64,000 nucleotides of DNA. Origin: an uncultured Gemmatimonadales bacterium. GTDB lineage: Bacteria; Gemmatimonadota; Gemmatimonadetes; Longimicrobiales; RSA9. Positions 18,139 to 26,673 of the stretch are shown piece after piece (position 1 is the first letter of the stretch; the number at the start of each line of letters is the position of its first letter). Position numbers and translations under genes: made by a program. Under the pieces are notes generated by a model. That model saw only the letters and a list, made by a program, of their open reading frames with translations. It was not told the DNA's origin and did not search any database. Where the stretch lies: contig OY970192.1 in NCBI GenBank assembly GCA_963708135.1, positions 5,024,001 to 5,088,000 of the forward strand. Direction: 5' to 3'.

Positions 18139-19772
18139 GAGCCCGTCTCCGTAATGGCCGCGAACCATCGCTGGGCCGGTCGCGGCCGGGGTAGGCGGGG
18201 ACCGGGACGGCCCCAATCGATGTGCGCCCGGGTCCCACGCCCCGTGTTCGGCGCCTCTCCGGCTCTGTACCGGGCGCATTACGCCCGATCGGGGCGCTCA
18301 GGCGGGGGCCACTACCACATGGAGCCCCGCTTTCGCCGCGGCGAGCACCTCGTCGATGGAGGTCACCCCCGCACGGCACGCCCGGAAGAGCTTGAGCAGG
18401 TTGTGTGCGGTGCAGCCGAGGCGCCATTCACCGCGCACGTTCTCGTGACCGCGCAGGAGGAAGTGCCTCAGTCCGATCACATCCTTCATCTGCCCGCACA
18501 CCGGCTCGACGGTGACCTTGCGGCGGTCGTACTGCGCGCGGCCTTCGGCGGTCCGCAGCTTGTGCCGCATGCGCTCCTTCGTGCTCGCGTCCGCCGGCGG
18601 CGGCCCCTCGCTCCGCGGCCCCTCACGCCACTCGCGGTGACGCACCTTCTCCGGCGCCACGTAGACGTCGATCTCGTACCACTCGAGCCGCTCGATGTCC
18701 GCCTCCGTCCAGTAGCCCGCGTCCGCGCTCACCGCCTCCGGCGTCTCGCCTACAGTATCACAAACGGCTTCCACCATCGGCACCAGCAAGTTCTTATCGT
18801 TGCTCTGCTGCACCACGTCCTCGGCCACGACGATCTGGTGCTCGGCGTCCACGGCGAGTTGGGCGTTATAGCCCTGCACGAAGGTCTTCTCGCTGTTCAG
18901 CATAATCCGGCTCTCCGGATCGGTGAAGTTGCGCTGCGCCTTGCCCTCCGGCTTCGCCTCCTCGGGCTTCTCCATGCCCGCCGCCTTGGCCTGGCCCCGG
19001 ACCTGGGCTTCCAGCGCCGCCTTCGCTTCCTGGATCTTCTTCAGCCGGCTCTCACGGCGCCGCAGCTCTTCCGGAAGCTCCTCGCCGGCCGAGTCCTTGC
19101 CGTAGCGCCGGTCCTCTTCCGCGTCCTCCGCCGCGGCTTGCGCCAACAGACGGTTCACCTCAGCCCTCAGCCGCTTCTCCTCCTCCACCATGCGCGAGTA
19201 GCTCATCGCCTTGTGCTTGCTCGCGTTCCCCTTGACCTTCGTGCCGTCGATCGCCACGTGCCCCAGCTTGACCAGCCCCGCCGCTTTGCACAGCTGGAGC
19301 ACCTGCGTGAACAGGTCCGCCAGCGCCTTGAGGTGCCGCTTGCGGAAATCCGCGACCGTACGGAAGTCCGGGCTCGCCCCGGCGCACACGACCCGGAACG
19401 CCACGTCTTCCAGGCACGCCCGCTGCATCTTCCGCGAGCTGCGCACGCCCACCACCTGCCCATAGAGGATGAGCTTCGTCATCAGCAGCGGGTGGTAGGG
19501 CGGATAGCCCCGCTCCTCGTCGTAGCTGTCGTAGATCCGCGAGAGATCCAGGGTGTCCACCAGGTCGCTCACGAAGTAGACCAGGTGCTCGGGCGGCAGC
19601 CACTCCCGAAGCGAGGGTGGCAGCACCAGAAGCTGATCCGGATCGTACGGACGAAACGTTTTCGCCACGCGGCAGACTCCTCGAAAAGGGCTGCCGCCAA
19701 ACTACATCACCGAAGGCGGCGTGTACATCCCCGCGTGCGCACACGCGCGCGCGTGCTTACTCGGACACGCTC
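18139..19772 (-). mobile_element. IS1182 family insertion sequence
   Basis: Imperfect terminal inverted repeats (GAGCCCGTCTCCGTAA vs GAGCGTGTCCGAGTAA, 11/16), flanked by CTAG at 18135-18138 and 19773-19776. Confidence 0.88.
18298..19668 (-). CDS. IS1182 family transposase
   Basis: F.PYD.DQ..LPPSL.EWLP..HL (DUF772), AIDGTKV..NASKHK, NFTDPESRIM, SADAGY, RRK.TVEPV.G. Confidence 0.95.
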   Translation of the reverse strand: MAKTFRPYDPDQLLVLPPSLREWLPPEHLVYFVSDLVDTLDLSRIYDSYDEERGYPPYHPLLMTKLILYGQVVGVRSSRKMQRACLEDVAFRVVCAGASPDFRTVADFRKRHLKALADLFTQVLQLCKAAGLVKLGHVAIDGTKVKGNASKHKAMSYSRMVEEEKRLRAEVNRLLAQAAAEDAEEDRRYGKDSAGEELPEELRRRESRLKKIQEAKAALEAQVRGQAKAAGMEKPEEAKPEGKAQRNFTDPESRIMLNSEKTFVQGYNAQLAVDAEHQIVVAEDVVQQSNDKNLLVPMVEAVCDTVGETPEAVSADAGYWTEADIERLEWYEIDVYVAPEKVRHREWREGPRSEGPPPADASTKERMRHKLRTAEGRAQYDRRKVTVEPVCGQMKDVIGLRHFLLRGHENVRGEWRLGCTAHNLLKLFRACRAGVTSIDEVLAAAKAGLHVVVAPA

Positions 19773-20181
19773 CTAGCGCGTGGAAAGCCGTCGCCGCCGC
19801 CGGGAGCCATTGCTGCATTGTGTACGCAGTCGGCAGGAGTGGGGGAGTGGGGGAGTGGGCGCTATCTTAAGCCCGTATGTGTAGAAGCGACAAATGGATG
19901 CGGAGCTGGCGACGGCGGGATCGCTCACGCAAGAGGGAGCCGAGCCGACTGCCTTCGCGCAAGAGTTCGCTGGGGGGCAGGGGAGCGAAACGACGGCGAT
20001 GAGCGCGTCGCGGGCTTCAGGGCGGGCGCGCCTGGGGGCCCATCCCGCCATGGCGGCGCGCGCGGGGGCGAGGCGATCATGCGCGGGCCAGACAAGGCGG
20101 GGGGCAATGCCGGTCGGGCATTGTCCGCCTCGAATCCGTCGGGCGCTGCCCGCGCCGACGCATCGGGCCCGCGAGCATAGG

Positions 20182-20350
20182 AAAGTCCCCACGCATCGGT
20201 CGTGGAATGGACGCTTGGGGACTTGACTGCGAATAGCGCGGTAAACTCCCCAAGCGCTCCCATCCACCGACGACCCGTGGGGAGTTGACAACGAATAGAG
20301 CGGTCAACTCCCCGACCGTCTCTACGCCGGGGTACGCGTGGGGAGTTGAC
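20182..20350. repeat. Degenerate tandem array, ~62-bp period, of GGGGAGTTGAC..GTCAACTCCCC palindromic units
   Basis: GGGGA(G/C)TTGAC at 20217, 20279, 20340; reverse-complement arms ending at 20190, 20251, 20313. Confidence 0.8.
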
Positions 20351-20496
20351 GGGCGCCGCACGCAAGGAGAGCGCGGAGGCGGATCGGCGCCCCCGAAGGA
20401 TCCGCCCGCCCGCCGGAGCCGCGCCACGCCGCCGACCGGGCAATACTCCGCCCGCCGGAGCCGCGCAGGTTGCACGAGATCCTGAGGTTCGAGGCT

Positions 20497-20709
20497 TCAG
20501 CGGCCCGGGCTCGACCCATCCACCGCCGCGCTCCGGTGGCAGGACGTGCAGATCAGCCAGACCCGCCGCCGGACGTACGGCAGCTGCCGGCTCGGCGGTA
20601 CCTCCCGCCGCGCCAGCACGCCCCCGCATGCGGGGCAGGCAGGCGACTCGCCCCGTGCCAGCGCCTCCGCCAGCATCCGCCGCTCGCTCGCCGCGTAGTT
20701 TTCCGCCAT
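20497..20709 (-). CDS. Small Zn-ribbon protein
   Basis: 70 aa with CPAC...CTSC pairs. Confidence 0.6.
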   Translation of the reverse strand: MAENYAASERRMLAEALARGESPACPACGGVLARREVPPSRQLPYVRRRVWLICTSCHRSAAVDGSSPGR

Positions 20710-20988
20710 GCAGGCAAGCTACCCGGGGAGGGCGCGGGCGACCAGCAGGCGGCGCGGCTCCCGCCGGGCGCGATCCGCGAGTGGACGAGTCGGAGAGTGG
20801 GGGAGTGGGGGAGTGGGGGAGTGGGTGCTGTGCCGGGCAGAGCATCCTTCCGGCCCCGCGGCCCTCGTAGCCCGCCGGAGCCGTTCGGAATCGGAGTCGG
20901 GCGCCCGGACCGGAGGAAGGCCGGTGCACGCGCGGCACCCGGCACCGTGCGAGGCCCGGTCCCCGTCGTCCGCCGCGAGCGTCACCCG

Positions 20989-21206
20989 GTGCAGCGCGAG
21001 CTGAACATCGAGGAAGAAGGAAGCTACATCCTCACGGTCAAGAACCGCGAGAAGCCGGCTCCGCCCGGCGCCGGCCTGCCGCGGATCTCGACATCCGCCT
21101 CGACCCGCAGAAGGAGATGATCGAGCGGGCCGAGATCTTCAACGACCTCCGGCTCGAGCGCTCCGAGCACCCCCTCGAGCCCCTGTTCAAGGGCAGCTGG
21201 CAGTAG
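20989..21206 (+). pseudogene. 3' remnant of a conserved hypothetical gene
   Basis: Two coding-like pieces in different frames: VQRELNIEEEGSYILTVKNREKPAPPGAGLP and DLDIRLDPQKEMIERAEIFNDLRLERSEHPLEPLFKGSWQ*; no start codon. Confidence 0.55.
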
Positions 21207-21230
21207 TCCGGGCGGACGGCTCGCCCGCGG

Positions 21231-21833
21231 TCATCCGTTCCGGCGCTCGAGTGCTCGCGCCCTCCTCCGCCACAGCCTGGCCGAGGGCCTGCACCCCTCC
21301 GCCTCCGCCCGCGCGAGCAGCGCGCGCGCCGCCGCGGCGCCTTCGGCCGGCCAGTCGAACCGCACCGCCGTGTCGTACGCCGCGCGGAAGCACGAGCGCG
21401 CTCCGGACGTGTGGCCTCGTGCCCCCGCCGCCTCGCCCGCACCGAGCAGCGCCGCGCACAGCTCCGGGGGCGGCATGGGCGAGGCGAGCGCGAGGACGCG
21501 CGCGAGCGCCGTCGCCTCCGGCGAGGTGGCCGACGGGTAGAGCACGTACTCGGCCGCCGCCCGCCGCGACGTGTCCAGGTCGCCGGGCGTGAGCCGCGCC
21601 CTCTGCGCGAGCAGCGCGAGCCGGACGGCCGCGTAGCGGCCCAGAACGCGCGTGAGCTCCGCCTCGTCCCGCGCGGCCGTGCGCAGGTCCCCCAGCGCGG
21701 TCTCGCCGTCGTATCGCTCCGGTCGGTCGGCCGCCGGCATCTCCCGCCCCGGCGGCTCCATCCCGATATCCTCCCGCCACCGCGGCATCCCCGCCATGCC
21801 TGGCGGGATCCGGTCCGTCCACCGCTTGCTCAT
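21231..21833 (-). CDS. Hypothetical alpha-helical protein
   Basis: ATG 21833 after AAAGGT; Ala/Arg-rich helical sequence with typical codon usage. Confidence 0.55.
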   Translation of the reverse strand: MSKRWTDRIPPGMAGMPRWREDIGMEPPGREMPAADRPERYDGETALGDLRTAARDEAELTRVLGRYAAVRLALLAQRARLTPGDLDTSRRAAAEYVLYPSATSPEATALARVLALASPMPPPELCAALLGAGEAAGARGHTSGARSCFRAAYDTAVRFDWPAEGAAAARALLARAEAEGCRPSARLWRRRARALERRNG

Positions 21834-21910
21834 GGATACCTTTCGCCCGGGTCGCCCCCAAGATGCCGCGCTCGCCCGGGGATAGCCATGGCAGGATGGG
21901 ACGAATTGCA

Positions 21911-22076
21911 GAGTGGGCGAGTGGGCGAGTGGGGGACCCCGGGCCGGCTGCGCGGCGCCTGGCAGGATGCCGGGCCTCGCGACCCTGCCGCGCCCGTCCC
22001 GCACCTCGCCCGGGCCCGCCGCAATTGGTCGGTTCCCCCACCCCGCAGCTCCGCCACCCCCACACTCACGCCCACC
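21911..22076. repeat. Octamer-armed repeat element, short copy
   Basis: (GAGTGGGC)2 GAGTGGGG left arm, then the inner motif GGGCCGGCTGCGCGG..CCGGGCCTCGCGACC shared with the copies at 51754 and 58760; degenerate C-rich right arm. Confidence 0.7.
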
Positions 22077-22177
22077 CGGAGCCCGCCCCTGGGGCCCCCG
22101 GCCTTGCGGTGGTCCGGCGTGGCCGCTATATCGTGGCCCGTTCCGGGTGTTGGCCGCGCGTGGAGGAATTGCCGCAC

Positions 22178-22447
22178 ATGAACTACTTCGTCGGGTTTCT
22201 GGTCTGGATCGGGATCGGGCTGGTGGCCGCGATCGTGGCGCGCTTCGCGATCCGGGCGGCGGCGACGGCGCCGATCATGACCTTCGTCTTCGGGATCTTC
22301 GGCGCATTCGTCGGCGGGATGCTGGGCGTGAGCGCGTACGTCTTCCACGATCCGGAGCCGCTGCGCTTCGGCGGCTGGCTGGGCGCCATCATCGGCTCGC
22401 TGTTCTTCACGTCGCTCTACCACGTGATGGCGCGCAAGGCGATCTAG
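22178..22447 (+). CDS. GlsB/YeaQ/YmgE-like small membrane protein
   Basis: WIGIGLVAAIVAR...GIFGAFVGG...GAIIGS three-TM pattern; GGAGG RBS. Confidence 0.75.
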   Translation: MNYFVGFLVWIGIGLVAAIVARFAIRAAATAPIMTFVFGIFGAFVGGMLGVSAYVFHDPEPLRFGGWLGAIIGSLFFTSLYHVMARKAI

Positions 22448-22961
22448 TGTAGTGTCTGCCAATTGAGTTGATTTAACAAGACTCCGAGCGTACTGCGGTG
22501 AGCGCCTCGCGTGCACGCTGGATCTTGCGCAAGATGTCCTCGCCTTTGGCTCGCCACCGGTACGGCTTGGGATGGAGCTTTCGTTCGGCCAAGTAGCTCT
22601 CGATGTCACTCACCAGCTCGCGTACGCTGGAGAAGCTGCCCTCCCGAATCACGTCCTGCGTCAGCTCTCCGAAGAAGCGCTCGACGAGATTCAACCAGGA
22701 CGAGCTGGTCGGCGTGAAGTGAAGGTGGAAGCGCGGATGCTTCGCAAGCCACTGGGTTACGCTCTCTTGCTTGTGCGTGCAGTAATTGTCCACGACGAGG
22801 TGTAGATCGAGATCCTTGGGCGTCTCCCGATCGATCTGCTTGAGGAAGCGAAGCCACTCGACGTGCGTGTGACGCTCTTCCGTGCGCGCGATCAATTTGC
22901 CGTCGAGGTAGTTCAGTGCAGCAAACAGCGTGATGGTGCCGTGGCGGGTGTAGTCGTGGGT

Positions 22962-24283
22962 CAGTACTGTCCGGTTAAGCTGAGATGATGATGCCGTAAC
23001 GGATTGCTACGTGGTGCGTTACGACGTTTTGGTTGCCGCACCGATTTGAACTTCGCTGCTGCGCCGCTATCCTGCCCGGACCCCCCGGCCGGAGTGGCGC
23101 ATGAATCCCGGAAGCACGGTTTTCTCACAGGTGATGGCCCACGCATCTCGCTTCGCGCTCGATCGGTGCATCCGCCGCTACCACGGCAACCGGAGGGTCC
23201 GACGTTTCTCGTGTCGGGACCAGTTCCTCGCCATGGCCTTTGCCCAGCTCACCTACCGGGAGAGCCTGCGGGACCTCGAGGCCACCCTCGGGGCGGCCCC
23301 CGAGAAGCTGTACCATCTTGGCTTCCGTTCGCCGCTCTCTCGCAGCACGCTCGCCGATGCGAACGAGAATCGCGACTGGCGCATCTACGCCGATTTCGCT
23401 CAACGCCTGATCGCAGACGCGCGTCGGCTCTACGCCGACGACACGTTGGGGATCGAGCTCACGAACACCGTCTACGCGCTGGATTCCACCACGATCGACC
23501 TGTGTTTGTCGCTGTTCCCCTGGGCCTCGTTTCGTACGAGCAAAGGCGGCGTGAAGCTGCATACACTGCTCGACTTGGCAGGCAGGATCCCCGCCTACGC
23601 CTGGATCACGGACGCGAGCACCCACGATGTGCGCATCCTCGATGCGCTCATCCCGGAGCCCGGATCGATCTACGTCCTGGACCGCGGCTACGTCAACTTC
23701 GCCCGCCTCTACCGACTCGATCAGCACCGGGCCACCTTCGTCGTTCGCGCCAAGGCAAACCTCAAGTTCAACCGGCTCTCCTCAGGACCCGTCGATCGCA
23801 CCACCGGCGTCTTCTGTGATCAGATCATCCGCCTTGCGCTGCCCCCGTCTGCCAGGGCCTATCCCGACCGGCTTCGCCGCGTGCGTTTCAAGGACGCAGG
23901 GTCCGGGCAGGACCTCGTCCTTCTGACCAACGACGTCGCGCTGCCCGCCGTTACCGTGGCCGAGCTCTACCGCCTGCGGTGGCAGATCGAGCTCTTCTTC
24001 AAATGGATCAAGCAGCACCTCAGGATCAAGCGCTTCTTCGGCACGAGCGCGAACGCTGTGCGCACGCAGATCTGGATCGCGATCAGCGTTTACGTCCTCG
24101 TCGCGATCGTCCGCAAGCGGCTCCGGATCGAGCGCGAACTCTACACAATTCTACAGATCCTGAGCGTCTATGCGTTCGAGAAAGCCCCTCTCGCACAAGT
24201 ACTTACGCGTTCGGCCTACACCCCCGAAGTCCCCTCCGATCGTAACCAGTTGTCGCTCTTCAACTTATAACCGGACACTACTG
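22962..24283 (+). mobile_element. IS4 family insertion sequence
   Basis: TIR CAGTACTGTCCGGTTA vs CAGTAGTGTCCGGTTA (15/16); 9-bp target duplication GTCGTGGGT at 22953-22961 and 24284-24292. Confidence 0.95.
23101..24270 (+). CDS. IS4 family transposase (DUF4372 + DDE)
   Basis: MN.G.TVFSQ, YALDSTTIDLCL, VLDRGY, YRLRWQIELFFKWIKQHL (Y-R-E-K motif). Confidence 0.95.
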   Translation: MNPGSTVFSQVMAHASRFALDRCIRRYHGNRRVRRFSCRDQFLAMAFAQLTYRESLRDLEATLGAAPEKLYHLGFRSPLSRSTLADANENRDWRIYADFAQRLIADARRLYADDTLGIELTNTVYALDSTTIDLCLSLFPWASFRTSKGGVKLHTLLDLAGRIPAYAWITDASTHDVRILDALIPEPGSIYVLDRGYVNFARLYRLDQHRATFVVRAKANLKFNRLSSGPVDRTTGVFCDQIIRLALPPSARAYPDRLRRVRFKDAGSGQDLVLLTNDVALPAVTVAELYRLRWQIELFFKWIKQHLRIKRFFGTSANAVRTQIWIAISVYVLVAIVRKRLRIERELYTILQILSVYAFEKAPLAQVLTRSAYTPEVPSDRNQLSLFNL

Positions 24284-24950
24284 GTCGTGGGTCTTGGTGC
24301 GAATCTCCCCGACGCCGAGGGGTAAGCCCGGTTGGGTGCGCTCCAAGGCCTGGCACTGGCTCTTCTCGTCACAACACAGGACCAGCGCCCTCTCGGGCGG
24401 ATCGAGATACAGCCCGATCACGTCCCAGAACTTCTCCTCGAAGCGCGGATCGTTCGACAGCTTGAACGTCTGCGTCAGGTGCGGCTTGATCTCGTTTGCC
24501 CGCCAGATCCGGTGCACGCTGTCCGGCGAGATCCCGACCTCACGGGCCATTGTGCGCACACTCCAACGCGTGCACGGCTTGGGCGGCCGAGTCGCCCGCG
24601 TGATGACCTGCTCCACCTTGTGCGCCGGGATCGAGGGGCGCCGGCCCCGTCCTTTTCGATCCTTCAGGCCGTCCAGGCCTTCGCGCTCGAAGCGTTGGGA
24701 CCACTTGTTGACGCACGCGGCGCTCACGCCCAGCTCCCGCGCCACCTGCACCTGGCCGAGACCGCGCCCGCGCCGCAGCACGATGGCGGCACGAAGGCTG
24801 TCGCGCTTGGACACGCTGGGCGCCTTCACACGCCGCTCAAGCTCTTGCCGTTCGGCGTCGGTGATCTCGATCTTGGACACAGGTCGCGCCATGGCGCAAG
24901 GATACGCCCGGCGCCTCCTTGTGTCAAGCTATTTGTCGGACGCTACACTA

Positions 24951-25112
24951 GTGGACCGTATCTGAAGTTCGGTGAGCACCGAGCCGGCGGAGCGGGCGCG
25001 AAGCGCAAGGCGCGAGGAGGAAGGAATAGCAGCGCTATTTCGACGACGAGCAACGCGGCGGGTCGCGTCCGATCCGCCGGCGAATGCCATCGCTACTTCG
25101 GATACGGTCCAC
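24951..25112. mobile_element. MITE-like non-autonomous element
   Basis: CTAGTGGACCGTATCTGAAGT ... ACTTCGGATACGGTCCACTAG (20/21 inverted match including CTAG); ~160 bp, no ORF, internal hairpin AATAGC-agc-GCTATT. Confidence 0.8.
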
Positions 25113-25155
25113 TAGCCCCGCGTCGCCGCCTCTCCTCCCTCGCAGGGACGCGCCC

Positions 25156-26136
25156 ATGCGCGCCATCGTCATCACCAGGCCCGGACCGCCGGAGGTGCTG
25201 GCGGTAGGCGACGTTGCCACGCCCGAGCCCGGCGCGCGGCAGGTGCGCATCCGCGTCCACGCCGCCGGCGTTAACCGCGCCGATCTGATGCAGCGCCGCG
25301 GAAGCTATCCCGCCCCGCCGGGTTGGCCGGCGGACATCCCGGGCCTCGAGTACGCGGGCGTGGTGGATGCGCTGGGCCCCGAGGCCTCGCGCTGGAGCGT
25401 CGGCACGCGCGTGATGGGGCTCGTGGGCGGCGGCGCCTACGCCGAGCAGGTGGTGGCGCACGAGGACGAGGTGCTGCCGCTGCCCGACCGACTCTCCTTC
25501 GCGGCGGGCGCGGCCATCCCCGAGGTCTTCATCACGGCGCACGACGCCGTCTTCACGCAGATGCGGCTCGCGGCGGGCGAGGTGCTGCTGATCCATGCCG
25601 TGGGCGGCGGCGTCGGCACCGCGGCGCTCCAGCTCGCGCGCGCCCGCGGCGCCCGGGTGCTCGGCACCGGCCGCACGCCCTGGAAGCTCGGGCGCGCCGG
25701 CGAGCTCGGGCTCGACGTCGCCATCAACGTGGCCGAGGAGGACTTCGCGGAGGCGGCGCTGCGCGAGACCGGCGGCCGCGGCGTGGACGGCGTGCTGGAC
25801 CTGGTCGGCGGCGGCTACCTGGCCGGGAACCTCCGCGCCATGGCGACGCTCGGCCGGCTGCTCGTGGTCGGCCTGGTGGCGGGCCGCAGCGCCGAGCTCG
25901 ACATGGGCACGCTGCTCCGCAAGCGGCTCCGCATCTTCGGCACCGCGCTCCGCTCCCGGCCGCAGGAGGAGAAGATCGCGGCCGCGCGCGCTTTCGAGCG
26001 CGACGCGCTCCCGCTGCTCGCCGACGGCACGGTGCGCCCGATCCTCGACCGCACGCTGCCGCTGACCGAGGCCGCCGCGGCGCACGAGGCGCTCGAGTCC
26101 AACGAGACGTTCGGGAAGGTGGTGCTGCTAATCTGA
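25156..26136 (+). CDS. NAD(P)H-quinone oxidoreductase, PIG3/zeta-crystallin family
   Basis: MRAIVITRPGPPEVL, GVNRADL.QR.G.YP, PGLEYAG, GGAYAE, LIHAVGGGVG, FGKVVL. Confidence 0.93.
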   Translation: MRAIVITRPGPPEVLAVGDVATPEPGARQVRIRVHAAGVNRADLMQRRGSYPAPPGWPADIPGLEYAGVVDALGPEASRWSVGTRVMGLVGGGAYAEQVVAHEDEVLPLPDRLSFAAGAAIPEVFITAHDAVFTQMRLAAGEVLLIHAVGGGVGTAALQLARARGARVLGTGRTPWKLGRAGELGLDVAINVAEEDFAEAALRETGGRGVDGVLDLVGGGYLAGNLRAMATLGRLLVVGLVAGRSAELDMGTLLRKRLRIFGTALRSRPQEEKIAAARAFERDALPLLADGTVRPILDRTLPLTEAAAAHEALESNETFGKVVLLI

Positions 26137-26140
26137 CATG

Positions 26141-26407
26141 GCAACTGCTTGAGGCGGCACTGCTTGAGGCGGCACTGCTTGAGGCGGCACTGCTTGAGGC
26201 GGCACTGCTTGAGGCGGCACGACCTGAGGCGGCACGACCTGAGGCGGCACGACCTGAGGCGGCACGACCTGAGGCGGCACGACCTGAGGCGGCACGACCT
26301 GAGGCGGCACGACCTGAGGCGGACTACCGAGGCGGCACGCTGAGGCGGCACTACCTGAGGCGGCACCACCGAGGCGGCACTACTCGAGGCGGCACTACCG
26401 AGGCGCG
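26141..26407 (+). repeat. 15-bp tandem array GAGGCGGCAC(TGCTT/GACCT)
   Basis: 4 TGCTT units, 7 GACCT units, then about 6 degenerate units. Confidence 0.95.
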
Positions 26408-26429
26408 CTGCTCGAGCTGGGATGCGCAG

Positions 26430-26663
26430 CCGTGCCGCGGTCAGTCGTGCCGCAGTCGGTCGTGCCGAAGTCAGCCGCAGTCAGTCGTGCCGCGGTCAGC
26501 CGTGCCGCAGCTGGTCGTGCCGCAGTCAGCCGTGCCGCAGCTGGTCGTGCCGCAGTCAGCCGCAGTCAGTCGTGCCGCAGTCCGTCGTGCCGCAGTCAGT
26601 CGTGCCGCAGTCCGTCGTGCCGCAGTCCGTCGTGCCGCAGTCGGTCGTGCCGCAGTCCGTCGT
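26430..26663 (+). repeat. ~15-bp tandem array (GTCGTGCCGCAGTCN), core inverted relative to the preceding array
   Basis: GTCGTGCCGC is the reverse complement of GCGGCACGAC; more than a dozen copies. Confidence 0.92.
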
Positions 26664-26673
26664 TTTCCGCGGC

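Larger units (their letters stand above)
22473..24892 (-). pseudogene. IS630 transposase split by IS4 insertion
   Basis: N-part (HTH, CCDEKSQCQALER..TKTHD, 24892-24284) joins C-part ([31 protein letters not shown]) when the IS4 and one target copy are removed. Confidence 0.92.
22447..24948 (-). mobile_element. IS630 family element, interrupted by an IS4
   Basis: Imperfect TIRs GTGTAGTGTCTGCCAATTGAGTTGA / GTGTAGCGTCCGACAAATAGCTTGA; TA (within CTAG) at both ends. Confidence 0.9.
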
